This document shows, in pieces, positions 37,362-45,638 of a stretch of 64,000 bases of DNA. A program made the position numbers and the translations under genes. Every line of letters starts with the position of its first letter. Position 1 is the first letter of the stretch. The notes under the pieces were generated by a model. The model saw only the letters and a list, made by a program, of their open reading frames with translations, did no database searches and was not told where the DNA came from. Source of the DNA: Anaerolineae bacterium (lineage in GTDB: Bacteria > Chloroflexota > Anaerolineae > Aggregatilineales > Phototrophicaceae); assembly GCA_022824465.1 (NCBI GenBank), contig JAJDZV010000002.1:20192-84191 (forward strand), in the 5' to 3' direction.

Positions 37362-38171
37362 CTAGCCCAGAATCGGATTCAGCGGCGAGGCGGCCAGGTC
37401 GCCCGGCTCGGCGCCCGGCAGCCAACGGTCGCGATCGCCGATGCGGTTCTTGTTATCCAGTTCGCTCACAAGCGTGCCATCGGCGTAGTAGATGACCGTC
37501 ATCGCCGGGCGCATGCGGTCGGAGAAGTTAGGCGGGGCGGAGTGAAGGGTCCAGCCGCTGTGGAAGGTGGCCGCGCCGGCGCGCATCTCGTCGGCTTGCT
37601 GCAGCGTGAAGCCCTTGCGTTCGACAAATTCGCGCAGTTGCGCCTCGGATTCGTCGGAGATGGGGATATCGCCCAGATAGCCCTCGACATGGGAGCCGGA
37701 AGCAAAGCGCAGCGTGCCCATATCGGCGCTGATATCCGCCAGCGTCATCCACATGGTGATGGTCTTGTTGGTGGCCAGGGGCCAGTAGTGCTGGTCCTGA
37801 TGCCAGGGCGTGATACCGCCGCCGGCTTCCTTAAAGAGCGCCTGATCATGATACAGGCGGACGCGCTCGACGCCCATCAGCCGGGCGGCAATGCGGGCGA
37901 AGCGCTTCGCCATCACATATTCCTTGACCGTGTCGCTGTATTCCCAGAGGTTCATCGTCTGCAGAAAAGCCATGCCGTAGGTGTCGCGGTCTTTTAGCGC
38001 GCGCGTTTCGGTATTGCGCTCGGCGACTGTCCGCACGATCGCGTCGTGGTAGGGCGGAATGTTTGAAGCGGGCAGCACGTCGTCGAGCAGGATATGACCG
38101 TCCCGTTGGTAGGCGGCGACTTGCTCGTCGCTGATCGGATACTCATTTTCCGGGATCATAGGTTCTCCCAT
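37362..38171 (-). CDS. Phytanoyl-CoA dioxygenase (PhyH) family oxygenase
   Basis: PWHQDQHYW (HxD) and WTLHSAPPN distal His. N-terminal YQRDGHILL is typical of PhyH. Confidence 0.8.
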   Translation of the reverse strand: MGEPMIPENEYPISDEQVAAYQRDGHILLDDVLPASNIPPYHDAIVRTVAERNTETRALKDRDTYGMAFLQTMNLWEYSDTVKEYVMAKRFARIAARLMGVERVRLYHDQALFKEAGGGITPWHQDQHYWPLATNKTITMWMTLADISADMGTLRFASGSHVEGYLGDIPISDESEAQLREFVERKGFTLQQADEMRAGAATFHSGWTLHSAPPNFSDRMRPAMTVIYYADGTLVSELDNKNRIGDRDRWLPGAEPGDLAASPLNPILG

Positions 38172-38246
38172 AGCCTTCGCGTTTTTGTCTGTGTCCTCAG
38201 CAGTTCCAAGGTAGTCATGCGAAAAGTGAAAGAGGTCTATCGCGAG

Positions 38247-38338
38247 CGCGGGCGAGCCGCTGACCCGCCCCTACAACGATTCGAAGGTTTTCTGGATTGC
38301 GTTGAAATGGCTGTCATTCTCATTATTCTCTTGCAATT
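38247..38338 (+). repeat. Repeat family A copy
   Basis: GGGCGAGCCGCTGACCCGCCCCTACAACGATTCGAAGGTTTTCTGGATTGCGTTGAAATGGCTGTCATTCTCA. Lies between two minus-strand PhyH genes. Confidence 0.75.
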
Positions 38339-38363
38339 GCTGGTGTGCCTCAGTGTGGAAAGT

Positions 38364-39389
38364 CTAATGATCGTGGTCGACGTCTTCATGCGGGACGAGG
38401 ACCATGAAGCCGTTATCATCGCCCATCATAGATTTCGTGCGATGGTCATCGAAGCGCTGCCCGTATAGTTCCGGCGCGTTGGCCGCGCAGAGCGTGCCGA
38501 ATTTTGGCTGGGCGTAGGGCAAGTGGGTGGCGCCGCGGGCTAGAATATGCTCCTGATTGGCCGCGCCGCCTGCCTCATCGCCGTCGTAAGGAAGGCCGTG
38601 GTTCCAAGGCACGCGCGACCGGGCGTTGCAATAGTGGCTGACGAAGGCCCGCCGCGAGCGCCCCGAGTCGTTCTGATGCGAGCGATGAAAGACGTGCCCG
38701 CCGAAGAATATGACATCGCCCGGCTCGGCTGTCACTTTGACCTCGTTGCCATATTCGAGGGCGATGCGCGCCAGGGTATTGACTTCGACATCGGGGTGGC
38801 TGGCCGCCTTGATCGACGCGATGTCGCCCAGGATGGTATCGCCCTGCTGGGTCACGCCATCGCAATCGGGATAAATCGGCTCGTGCTGGGAGCCTGGCGT
38901 CATCCAGAGGCAGCCGTTGTCTTCGTCGGCCGCGTCAATCGCCAGCCAGGCGCCGATGAGGGTATCGGGCTGGGTGGGGATGTAGTAGGAGTCTTGGTGA
39001 AAGCCTTGGCCGGCTTGCCCGGGCTGTTTGAAGAAGAGCATGGTTTGCAGGGCGAGGATGTCAGGTCCGATGAGCGCCTCCAGCACGTCGATGATGCGCG
39101 GATGCAACAGGCAGCGCTCGGCTAGCTCAAGCGAGCGGTGCGGCATGTGGATTCGCTCATAGAAGACGCGGCGCTCGGCCTCGGTCAAGTCCGCTGGCGG
39201 GGCGGGAATGCCGGGCATGCTGGTCTTGCCCGCCATCATGTCGTCGGTAAAGCGCTCGAGCTCGGCGACTTCGTCGGCGTCGACCAAACTTTTGATATGC
39301 AGGAAGCCATCGCGGCGGAAGGCTTTGTAATCTTCGACGCGCACCTGGTAGGCTTCGTGCGAACGTTGAACCGGGTCTGCCAAAATCAT
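38364..39389 (-). CDS. Phytanoyl-CoA dioxygenase (PhyH) family oxygenase
   Basis: FRRDGFLHIK, GFHQDSYYIP (HxD), HVFHRSHQN distal His. Confidence 0.8.
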   Translation of the reverse strand: MILADPVQRSHEAYQVRVEDYKAFRRDGFLHIKSLVDADEVAELERFTDDMMAGKTSMPGIPAPPADLTEAERRVFYERIHMPHRSLELAERCLLHPRIIDVLEALIGPDILALQTMLFFKQPGQAGQGFHQDSYYIPTQPDTLIGAWLAIDAADEDNGCLWMTPGSQHEPIYPDCDGVTQQGDTILGDIASIKAASHPDVEVNTLARIALEYGNEVKVTAEPGDVIFFGGHVFHRSHQNDSGRSRRAFVSHYCNARSRVPWNHGLPYDGDEAGGAANQEHILARGATHLPYAQPKFGTLCAANAPELYGQRFDDHRTKSMMGDDNGFMVLVPHEDVDHDH

Positions 39390-39875
39390 TATGCTACCCT
39401 CGATACTTCAATTTGCTCACAAGTTTATCGGATTTGCGCCAGACTTCAATCTACGCAGCGTAAAGTTCGCCATGAGACTGGCGGTCGGATGCCGGCAGAG
39501 AGCGGAGGTTGAGCCATGCGCTGTTAACAATTCCGAAGAGGTCATCACAGCCGCGCCAACTTGGGGTATCTTGCAGGTATGCCAGTATCGAGCGCGATTC
39601 TGGAATCATCAAGCATGCGGCGCATTCATCACATTTGACCGCCAGAGTTTACGAGACAGCCGATTTCAAGATTTATCTCGTTTTCCCGCGGCGCATCTGC
39701 CGCATTCACGGTACAGGGTCGAACCGGCGGAACGCGAATGGAAGGGCGCGACTCTAGCCACGTCAATCTCCGACTATCATTGCGATATATCCGCTTGATT
39801 TGTATCTGATGGGCCTACTAGAAGAGCGCTTGAGATTGCGTTGGGCGCAGTTAATTGCGGACGGCGACCTGTCAT

Positions 39876-40157
39876 CTACTCCTCGACGTATCGGCCGATG
39901 TGGCTTCGAGTGAATAGAATTCGCACGATATGAATCTGGTCATCGACGTGTCGGTAGACGATGTACTGCTGCTCTCTTCTGACCAGGAGCAGATCATCAA
40001 GGATTTCGTCATGCCGCCGACCGATTCCAGACGTAACCCGTAGAGGTTGGATGCCCTCAGCCAGCTTGCTTAGGTACGCGTCAACTTGCTTTTCGCCGAA
40101 CTTCTCGACGGTGTAGCGGCGAATATCAGCAAGGTCATTCCTGGCTTCCGGCGATAA
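39876..40157 (-). pseudogene. parE: ParE/RelE-type toxin reading frame without any start codon
   Basis: 93 sense codons: LSPEARNDLADIRRYTVEKFGEKQVDAYLSKLAEGIQPL...QYIVYRHVDDQIHIVRILFTRSHIGRYVEE, ending at TAG 39876-39878. The frame is closed by TAG (40158-40160) and TAA just upstream. There is no ATG/GTG/TTG before the conserved LSPEA..DL N-terminal motif. Confidence 0.65.
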
Positions 40158-40458
40158 CTAAACTTAGTGTATCTGCGGGCTGTTGGTCTTTGCTAATCGG
40201 AATGTTGGCTTCGTCTCGCTCTTGAGCCCAGCGCTTCGCGTCTTCGAGAAAGGTATCTGGATTGAAGGGAGTTCCATCGCCGTTTTCCAGACCTTCCAGC
40301 GAACGGTGGCAACTGGCCTGGAATTCCGCCACGGCGCGCTTGCGTTTCTCATTGTAAGTCGCTACACCGGTCAGCCATTCTCCAACCGAAACATTGGCGG
40401 CTTTTGCTCTCTGCCGAGCCAATTCCCAATCTTCCTCATACGTCACGTTCGGTTGCAT
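40135..40458 (-). CDS. parD: ParD-type (RHH) antitoxin
   Basis: GAGG SD sits 7 nt before the ATG at 40458. N-terminal RHH-like NVTYEEDWELARQRAKAANVSVGEWL. The middle LEGLENGDGTPFNPDTFLEDAKRW resembles ParD/CC2985-type antitoxins. The 3' end overlaps the parE frame. Confidence 0.65.
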   Translation of the reverse strand: MQPNVTYEEDWELARQRAKAANVSVGEWLTGVATYNEKRKRAVAEFQASCHRSLEGLENGDGTPFNPDTFLEDAKRWAQERDEANIPISKDQQPADTLSLVIAGSQE

Positions 40459-40768
40459 CTTCGAACCTCGGCTGTCATCCTTCCATGGGCGACCACCATA
40501 CTCGATGGCGGCTGCAACCAAGCAACAAATGCGACGCGCCCTTACGCACGGTATTGTAACCCAAGGTACCTTGGCGATGCTAAAGCGAGTGGATGCCTAT
40601 CCGTTAAGAGTACAAGGCGTCAGCGTTCGTCACTTTCGCGCATTGCGCGTGAAGGCCTTGAGAATCGGCGCGATCATCTCAAAGCGCCGTGAGCGTTGTT
40701 TTTGGAATTGGCGCATTGTCGCTATACTAGCGGCAGTCCGAGGGTGATCTGACGAGGAGGAACAGGAG

Positions 40769-41809
40769 ATGGAGCAGCGAACTTTCGGCAATACGGACTT
40801 GACTTGCTCGGCGATCGGCTTCGGCACATGGGAGATGGGCACAACGCAATATGGCGAGATCGATATCAACGATGCCGTGCGGGCGGTGCAAATGGCGATC
40901 GACCATGGCATCACGCTCTTCGATACGGCTGAGGTTTATGGACCCTTCACCTCTGAAGAATTGCTGGCGCGCGGTTTAGGGGAGCGGCGTCAGGAGGTCG
41001 TGGTGGTGACCAAGGTGGGCTTCCTGTTTCACGATGATCCCTCAGTCGTCGGCAATGACGCCATCGTCGGGCGCGATGCCTCGATCGCCTACATTACCGA
41101 ACGCACCGAAGGCTGCCTCAAACGGCTAAATACCGACTATATCGACCTGATGCTGATTCACTGGCCCGATCTGGTGACGCCGCACGAAGAGACCATGCGC
41201 GGACTGGAAGCGCTGAAAGACGCCGGCAAGATACGCCATTATGGCGTCTCCAACTATGATGTGCCGATGATGCAAGCATGCCAGGAACATGGCAGCCTGA
41301 CGGCCAACCAAGTCGGCTACCATTTATTCGATCGGCGGATGGAAGCGGCGGTTCTGCCATATTGCCTGGAGGCCGGCGTCGGTTTCATGGCTTACGGCAG
41401 TCTGGGATTCGGCTTGCTGACCGGCGCCTTCACGCCCGATACCACCTTCGTCGACTGGGATTGGCGCAGTGGCGGTTACGCCTTCGGCTTGCCCCTGTTT
41501 GAGCGCGAGAACTTCCTCAAGGAGCTGCGCGTCACCGAGCGGCTCAAGCAGCTGGCGGCCGGCTACGATAAGTCGGTGGCGCAGCTTGCCCTGGCCTGGC
41601 TGCTGGGCAACCCGGCGGTGACGGTCGCCCTGGTCGGCATGCGCAACGAGCGCGAATTGCGGGAGAATGTGGCCGCGGCTGATTGGCGCCTGACCAGCGC
41701 CGAGCGCGCCGAAATTGACCGTATTTTTGAGGAAGAAGGCGTGCCTACCTATATTGACGCGCCGCAGCGGACTAATGTCGAGGAACTGGGCGCCGACTTG
41801 GATGAATAA
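40769..41809 (+). CDS. Aldo/keto reductase
   Basis: GFGTWEMG, LFDTAEVYG and IDLMLIHWPD motifs. Confidence 0.9.
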   Translation: MEQRTFGNTDLTCSAIGFGTWEMGTTQYGEIDINDAVRAVQMAIDHGITLFDTAEVYGPFTSEELLARGLGERRQEVVVVTKVGFLFHDDPSVVGNDAIVGRDASIAYITERTEGCLKRLNTDYIDLMLIHWPDLVTPHEETMRGLEALKDAGKIRHYGVSNYDVPMMQACQEHGSLTANQVGYHLFDRRMEAAVLPYCLEAGVGFMAYGSLGFGLLTGAFTPDTTFVDWDWRSGGYAFGLPLFERENFLKELRVTERLKQLAAGYDKSVAQLALAWLLGNPAVTVALVGMRNERELRENVAAADWRLTSAERAEIDRIFEEEGVPTYIDAPQRTNVEELGADLDE

Positions 41810-41827
41810 GCTGTAAATGGCTGAGAG

Positions 41828-42994
41828 TCAGCCCTCTTGCAGACCCGCCGGCGCCAATTCGCCAATCGAGCGCTCCAGCTCGCTGGCCTCGCTCAAGGGC
41901 TCGTCGAGCGGCTCCGGATTCGCCGTCGGCGGCAGGGGCGTGTCGTATTCGTAATCAGGGTCGCGCTTCTGCCGGTCCCAGACCATGCGCATTTCTTTCC
42001 AGGCGCCGACCAGCGTGCGTGGCGCCGGCATGTCGTATTTGATCTCGTCGTAGAGCGTCGCCAGGTTGTAGCAGGGAACGCCGGCGTACATGTGGTGTTC
42101 GATATGCCAATTCATGCGCCAGTATAGAAACGAAAAGAGCGGGTTCAGCTTGACCGAGCGGGTATTCTTGCGGAAGTCGCGGCTGTGGTTGCGCAAGCCG
42201 CAATGCTGCGTCAAGCCGACAAAATAGGACAGCCAATTGGCGATGAAGACCGCCAGCGAAAAGATTAGGGGCAGCACCCAATAGCCGCTGAGGCTGCCGA
42301 TGATCAAGACGCCGCCATGAAAGGCGAGCAGCAGGCGCGACCACAGGATAGATTTGCGATGCTGCTCCGGTTGGTCGCGGTGCAGGGCGTTCAGCCATTC
42401 GTTGATCGGCGCGCGCTCGTCCGATGGCACTAGCCCAAATGCGCCCAAGGCGGTGATGATCACGGTGGAGATGAGTCCGCCCTTGCCGAAAGTGCGTCCG
42501 CGCTGCGTCAGCAAGTTCACGGTGAAAAGCTGCAGCATGAAGCTGGAAGCCAGCGATGGCTCGAGTGGCAGCAGATTCTCGCGATCCCCCTCCGGGTGCA
42601 GGGTGTAGCGATGGTGATAAGTGTGGCTGCTGGCGTAATCGAAGGGGTCCCACCAGCCAATCAGACTGAAGAGATAAAGAAAGAGTTTGTTGAGCCGCTT
42701 GGTCTTGAAGACGGTGCCATGACCCAGTTCATGCGGCGCTGTGCCGGTGAAGAAACTGGTTACTGTGCCATGCAGGAAGAGGGCGATCAACATTGCCAGC
42801 CACAGCTCTTCCCACCAGAAAGCGAAGACGAGCGCGCCAGTGAGGATGAAGAGCCCGAAGTGCCCGCTGGCCTGGAACCAGCCCTGGGCGTCGCTGCGGC
42901 GAGACAGCTCGCGCAGTACGCCCGGCTTCATCGGGCAGCGATACCAGTCGACGCGGAGGGACTTGCGGACTTCGGACAGTTCTTGGTATGCCAT
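41828..42994 (-). CDS. Membrane fatty-acid-desaturase-superfamily protein (paralogue 1)
   Basis: His boxes HELGH, HTYHH and HIEHHMY. Starts with MAYQELSEVRKSLRVDWYRC, parallel to paralogue 2. The track start at 43108 is probably too long. Confidence 0.85.
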   Translation of the reverse strand: MAYQELSEVRKSLRVDWYRCPMKPGVLRELSRRSDAQGWFQASGHFGLFILTGALVFAFWWEELWLAMLIALFLHGTVTSFFTGTAPHELGHGTVFKTKRLNKLFLYLFSLIGWWDPFDYASSHTYHHRYTLHPEGDRENLLPLEPSLASSFMLQLFTVNLLTQRGRTFGKGGLISTVIITALGAFGLVPSDERAPINEWLNALHRDQPEQHRKSILWSRLLLAFHGGVLIIGSLSGYWVLPLIFSLAVFIANWLSYFVGLTQHCGLRNHSRDFRKNTRSVKLNPLFSFLYWRMNWHIEHHMYAGVPCYNLATLYDEIKYDMPAPRTLVGAWKEMRMVWDRQKRDPDYEYDTPLPPTANPEPLDEPLSEASELERSIGELAPAGLQEG

Positions 42995-43120
42995 ATCATG
43001 CCACCTCTTGCTCGCTGATACGAAAGACGGCGCTTTGCTTACATAGTGCGGGACCGATTGATTGCGCGCCCGCCTGCAAAGGGAAGATGGCTTGTCGCCG
43101 CTCAGCACCCGCGGCAGGAG

Positions 43121-44266
43121 CTACGCGCGCTCTTGCAGCCCCGCCGGCGCCAACTCGCCGATAGAGCCCTCCAGCGCCGAATCTACCCGGTCTTCGCGCG
43201 CGTGCATAGCCGTTGCAGGCAGGGGCGTATCGAATTGATACTCGGGGTCGATCTTCTGTCGGCGCCAGGTTTCGCGCATTTCTTTCCAGGCGCCGATTAG
43301 CGTGCGTGGCTCCGGCATATCCTGGGCGACTTCCTTATGCAGCTTTCCCAAGTTGTAGCAGGGCACGCCGGCGAACATATGGTGCTCAATATGCCAGCCC
43401 ATCCGCCAATACAGAAAGTCGAAGAGCGGGTTGAGCTTCATCGAGCGCGTATTTTTGCGAAAGTCGGAGGTGTGATCACGCAAGCCGCAGTGTTGTGGCA
43501 AGCCGACGAAGTAACCAAGCCAATTGCCAATGAAGACCGAGGCCGAGAGTATCAAAGGCAGGACCCAAACGCCTGTGATAATGGCGATAAGCAGGACCGA
43601 GCCATGGAAAAGCAGCAGGATACGCGACCACAAGATTGAGTTATGATGCTCCTCTGGTTGGTCAAGATGCAGCGCCCGCAGCCACTCCTTGTCGGGCGGC
43701 AGGCGGCCGACCGCGCCAAGTGCCGTCATTATCACGGTGGAGATCAATCCGCCGCGATGGATGCTGCGGCCGGGCGGGGTCAACAGATTGATCGTGAACA
43801 TCTGCAGCATGAATGTTGATGCCAGCGAAGGCTCAATCGGCAGCAGCACCTCGCGGTCTCCCTCCGGATGCAAGGTGTAGCGATGATGGTAGGTGTGGCT
43901 GCTGGCGTAGTCAAAGTGGTCCCACCAGCCGATTAAGCTGAACAGATACATGAAAAACTTGTTGAGCCATTTCGTCTTGAAGACCGTGCCATGCCCTAAT
44001 TCATGAGGCGCGACGCCGCGGAAGAACGAAGTCACTGTGCCGTGACAAAACAGCGCGAGTAGCATGGCCAGCCAAAGCCCATGCGACCAAAAGTAGAAGA
44101 CCAGCGCGCCAGTGAGGATGAAGAGCGCGAGGTGCCCGCCAGCCTGGAACCAAGCTTGGGCATCGCTGCGCCGAGACAGCTCGCGCAGCAAACCAGGGCG
44201 CGTCTTGCAGCGATACCAATCAACGCGGAGGGTCTTGCGGACTTCGGAAAGCTCTTGGTAAGTCAT
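43121..44266 (-). CDS. Membrane fatty-acid-desaturase-superfamily protein (paralogue 2)
   Basis: His boxes HELGH, HTYHH and HIEHHMF. Collinear with, and roughly three-quarters identical by eye to, the downstream paralogue. Confidence 0.85.
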   Translation of the reverse strand: MTYQELSEVRKTLRVDWYRCKTRPGLLRELSRRSDAQAWFQAGGHLALFILTGALVFYFWSHGLWLAMLLALFCHGTVTSFFRGVAPHELGHGTVFKTKWLNKFFMYLFSLIGWWDHFDYASSHTYHHRYTLHPEGDREVLLPIEPSLASTFMLQMFTINLLTPPGRSIHRGGLISTVIMTALGAVGRLPPDKEWLRALHLDQPEEHHNSILWSRILLLFHGSVLLIAIITGVWVLPLILSASVFIGNWLGYFVGLPQHCGLRDHTSDFRKNTRSMKLNPLFDFLYWRMGWHIEHHMFAGVPCYNLGKLHKEVAQDMPEPRTLIGAWKEMRETWRRQKIDPEYQFDTPLPATAMHAREDRVDSALEGSIGELAPAGLQERA

Positions 44267-44335
44267 GGCATGGGCTCACGGTTTTCTTTAGAAGCAAGCG
44301 GTTTATGTATATCCTGCAAATCGTGCCGACTGTTG

Positions 44336-44355
44336 GGGCGAACCGCGGTTCGCCC
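44336..44355. repeat. Perfect 20-nt palindrome, REP-core variant
   Basis: GGGCGAACCGCGGTTCGCCC, located between the PhyH stop (44427) and the desaturase start (44266). Confidence 0.7.
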
Positions 44356-44426
44356 AATTGCCCTGGATTTCGAAGACGGGCGAGCCAAGGCACGTCCCTA
44401 CGTCAGCGCTGCAGTTTGCGGCCTGG

Positions 44427-45473
44427 CTACTCGAGGGGGACGCCCAACTCATTCAAGACTGCAAGCGCCTCGTCCAGGTTGACGCGGTCGCGGGCATTCT
44501 TGATCGAGCGTTGCAGCATGAAGATCGCGTCTTTGTCGCCCGCGCGCGCCAAATCAATCGCCTCGGCGAAACCCTTGTCGCTATAGCTCATGTCGCGCTC
44601 AACGACCCGGTTGTCGAATTTCCTCCAATAGAATTTGAGGTCTTCATGCCGCCAATGCAGGTAGATGTCATCCCAACTGAGCTGGCTGGGTCCATGCGGC
44701 TCAAGCATGTGCTCGGCGATATTGTCGCCGACCAGCATATAGCGATTGTCCAGCGAGAGACGCAGCTTGTCATCCGTATAGTTTGGCAGCGCCCGGTGTA
44801 TGGTCAAAGCCGGGAAGAAGAGGGCGTCGCCCGCTTCGTAATCGGCGGTATGCCAAACCGGGTCGATCTCGTCATGCGCGGTCTCGTCGACGATCAAGCC
44901 GCCGGCGCCCAGGGAGAAGTGATGATCGAGCACGCGGTTGACCTTATGCGAACGTGGGATGACCGCCAAGCCGCCCAGCTCGATCGGGCAGTCGCCGATG
45001 GGCGCCCAGCAGGTGATATTGTCGTAACTGCCTTGAAAGTGCACGAAGTCTTGATGCGTAGGCGTGGTGTGCTCGGTGTATTTAGGGAACCAGATGCGGG
45101 CAACCTTTTGGGGATGGGGCATGACGGGCGCGCCAGTCATCTTTTCCACGATGTCAAGATACTCTGGCCAGTGGGCAGAGCGGTGGAAGTTTTCGATCTT
45201 GTAAACCTCGGCATAACCGGCGCTGTATTCGTTATCGCCTTCGGTGTAGCGCATGTTGATATCGGCGATGCCATCCATCGGGTCGGTGTCGGCGACCAGC
45301 CAGCCGACTTGCTGGATTACGCTCATCATTTCGCGGCGGAGTTCCCAGAGTTTGTCTGGGCTCACCAGTCGCTTGAAAAAGAGATAGCCGTCGTCGGCGA
45401 TGCGCCGCTGTAATTCGGCCGCGTCGTCCACGGCATCGTTGGACACGCGCAGGTATTTTAGCTCATTGGACAT
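44427..45473 (-). CDS. Phytanoyl-CoA dioxygenase (PhyH) family oxygenase with C-terminal extension
   Basis: DDGYLFFKRL, PTHQDFVHF (HxD), LTIHRALPN. The opposite-strand ORF 44358-45413 is an Arg/Ala/Val-rich shadow. Confidence 0.75.
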   Translation of the reverse strand: MSNELKYLRVSNDAVDDAAELQRRIADDGYLFFKRLVSPDKLWELRREMMSVIQQVGWLVADTDPMDGIADINMRYTEGDNEYSAGYAEVYKIENFHRSAHWPEYLDIVEKMTGAPVMPHPQKVARIWFPKYTEHTTPTHQDFVHFQGSYDNITCWAPIGDCPIELGGLAVIPRSHKVNRVLDHHFSLGAGGLIVDETAHDEIDPVWHTADYEAGDALFFPALTIHRALPNYTDDKLRLSLDNRYMLVGDNIAEHMLEPHGPSQLSWDDIYLHWRHEDLKFYWRKFDNRVVERDMSYSDKGFAEAIDLARAGDKDAIFMLQRSIKNARDRVNLDEALAVLNELGVPLE

Positions 45474-45638
45474 AGGAATTGTCGCCCCTCATACTCGAGC
45501 TGCTACTACACGTATTGTATCCATTTACAGCCCTTATATCAGCCTTAACAAGCGCTTATTGCAAATGTTGTGAGAATCGCGCAAAGTTCGTTATAATTGA
45601 ATGGTCAGAGTTTCTTGTAACAGAAAGAGAGGGTAGAG

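Noticed and set aside
39705-39745. tRNA-like T-arm fragment (GGTTCGACC on the minus strand) in the 486-bp gap next to parDE, as a possible tRNA gene or att scar
   Set aside because: The flanking bases do not form a T-stem (GCCGG vs CTGTA). I could not fold an acceptor or anticodon arm. At most it is a degenerate remnant, and it is not supportable as a feature.
44358-45413. 351-aa plus-strand ORF opposite the PhyH gene
   Set aside because: The minus-strand frame carries the PhyH HxD...H motifs and sensible termini. The plus-strand product is low-complexity (V/A/D/R/G-rich) with no motif.
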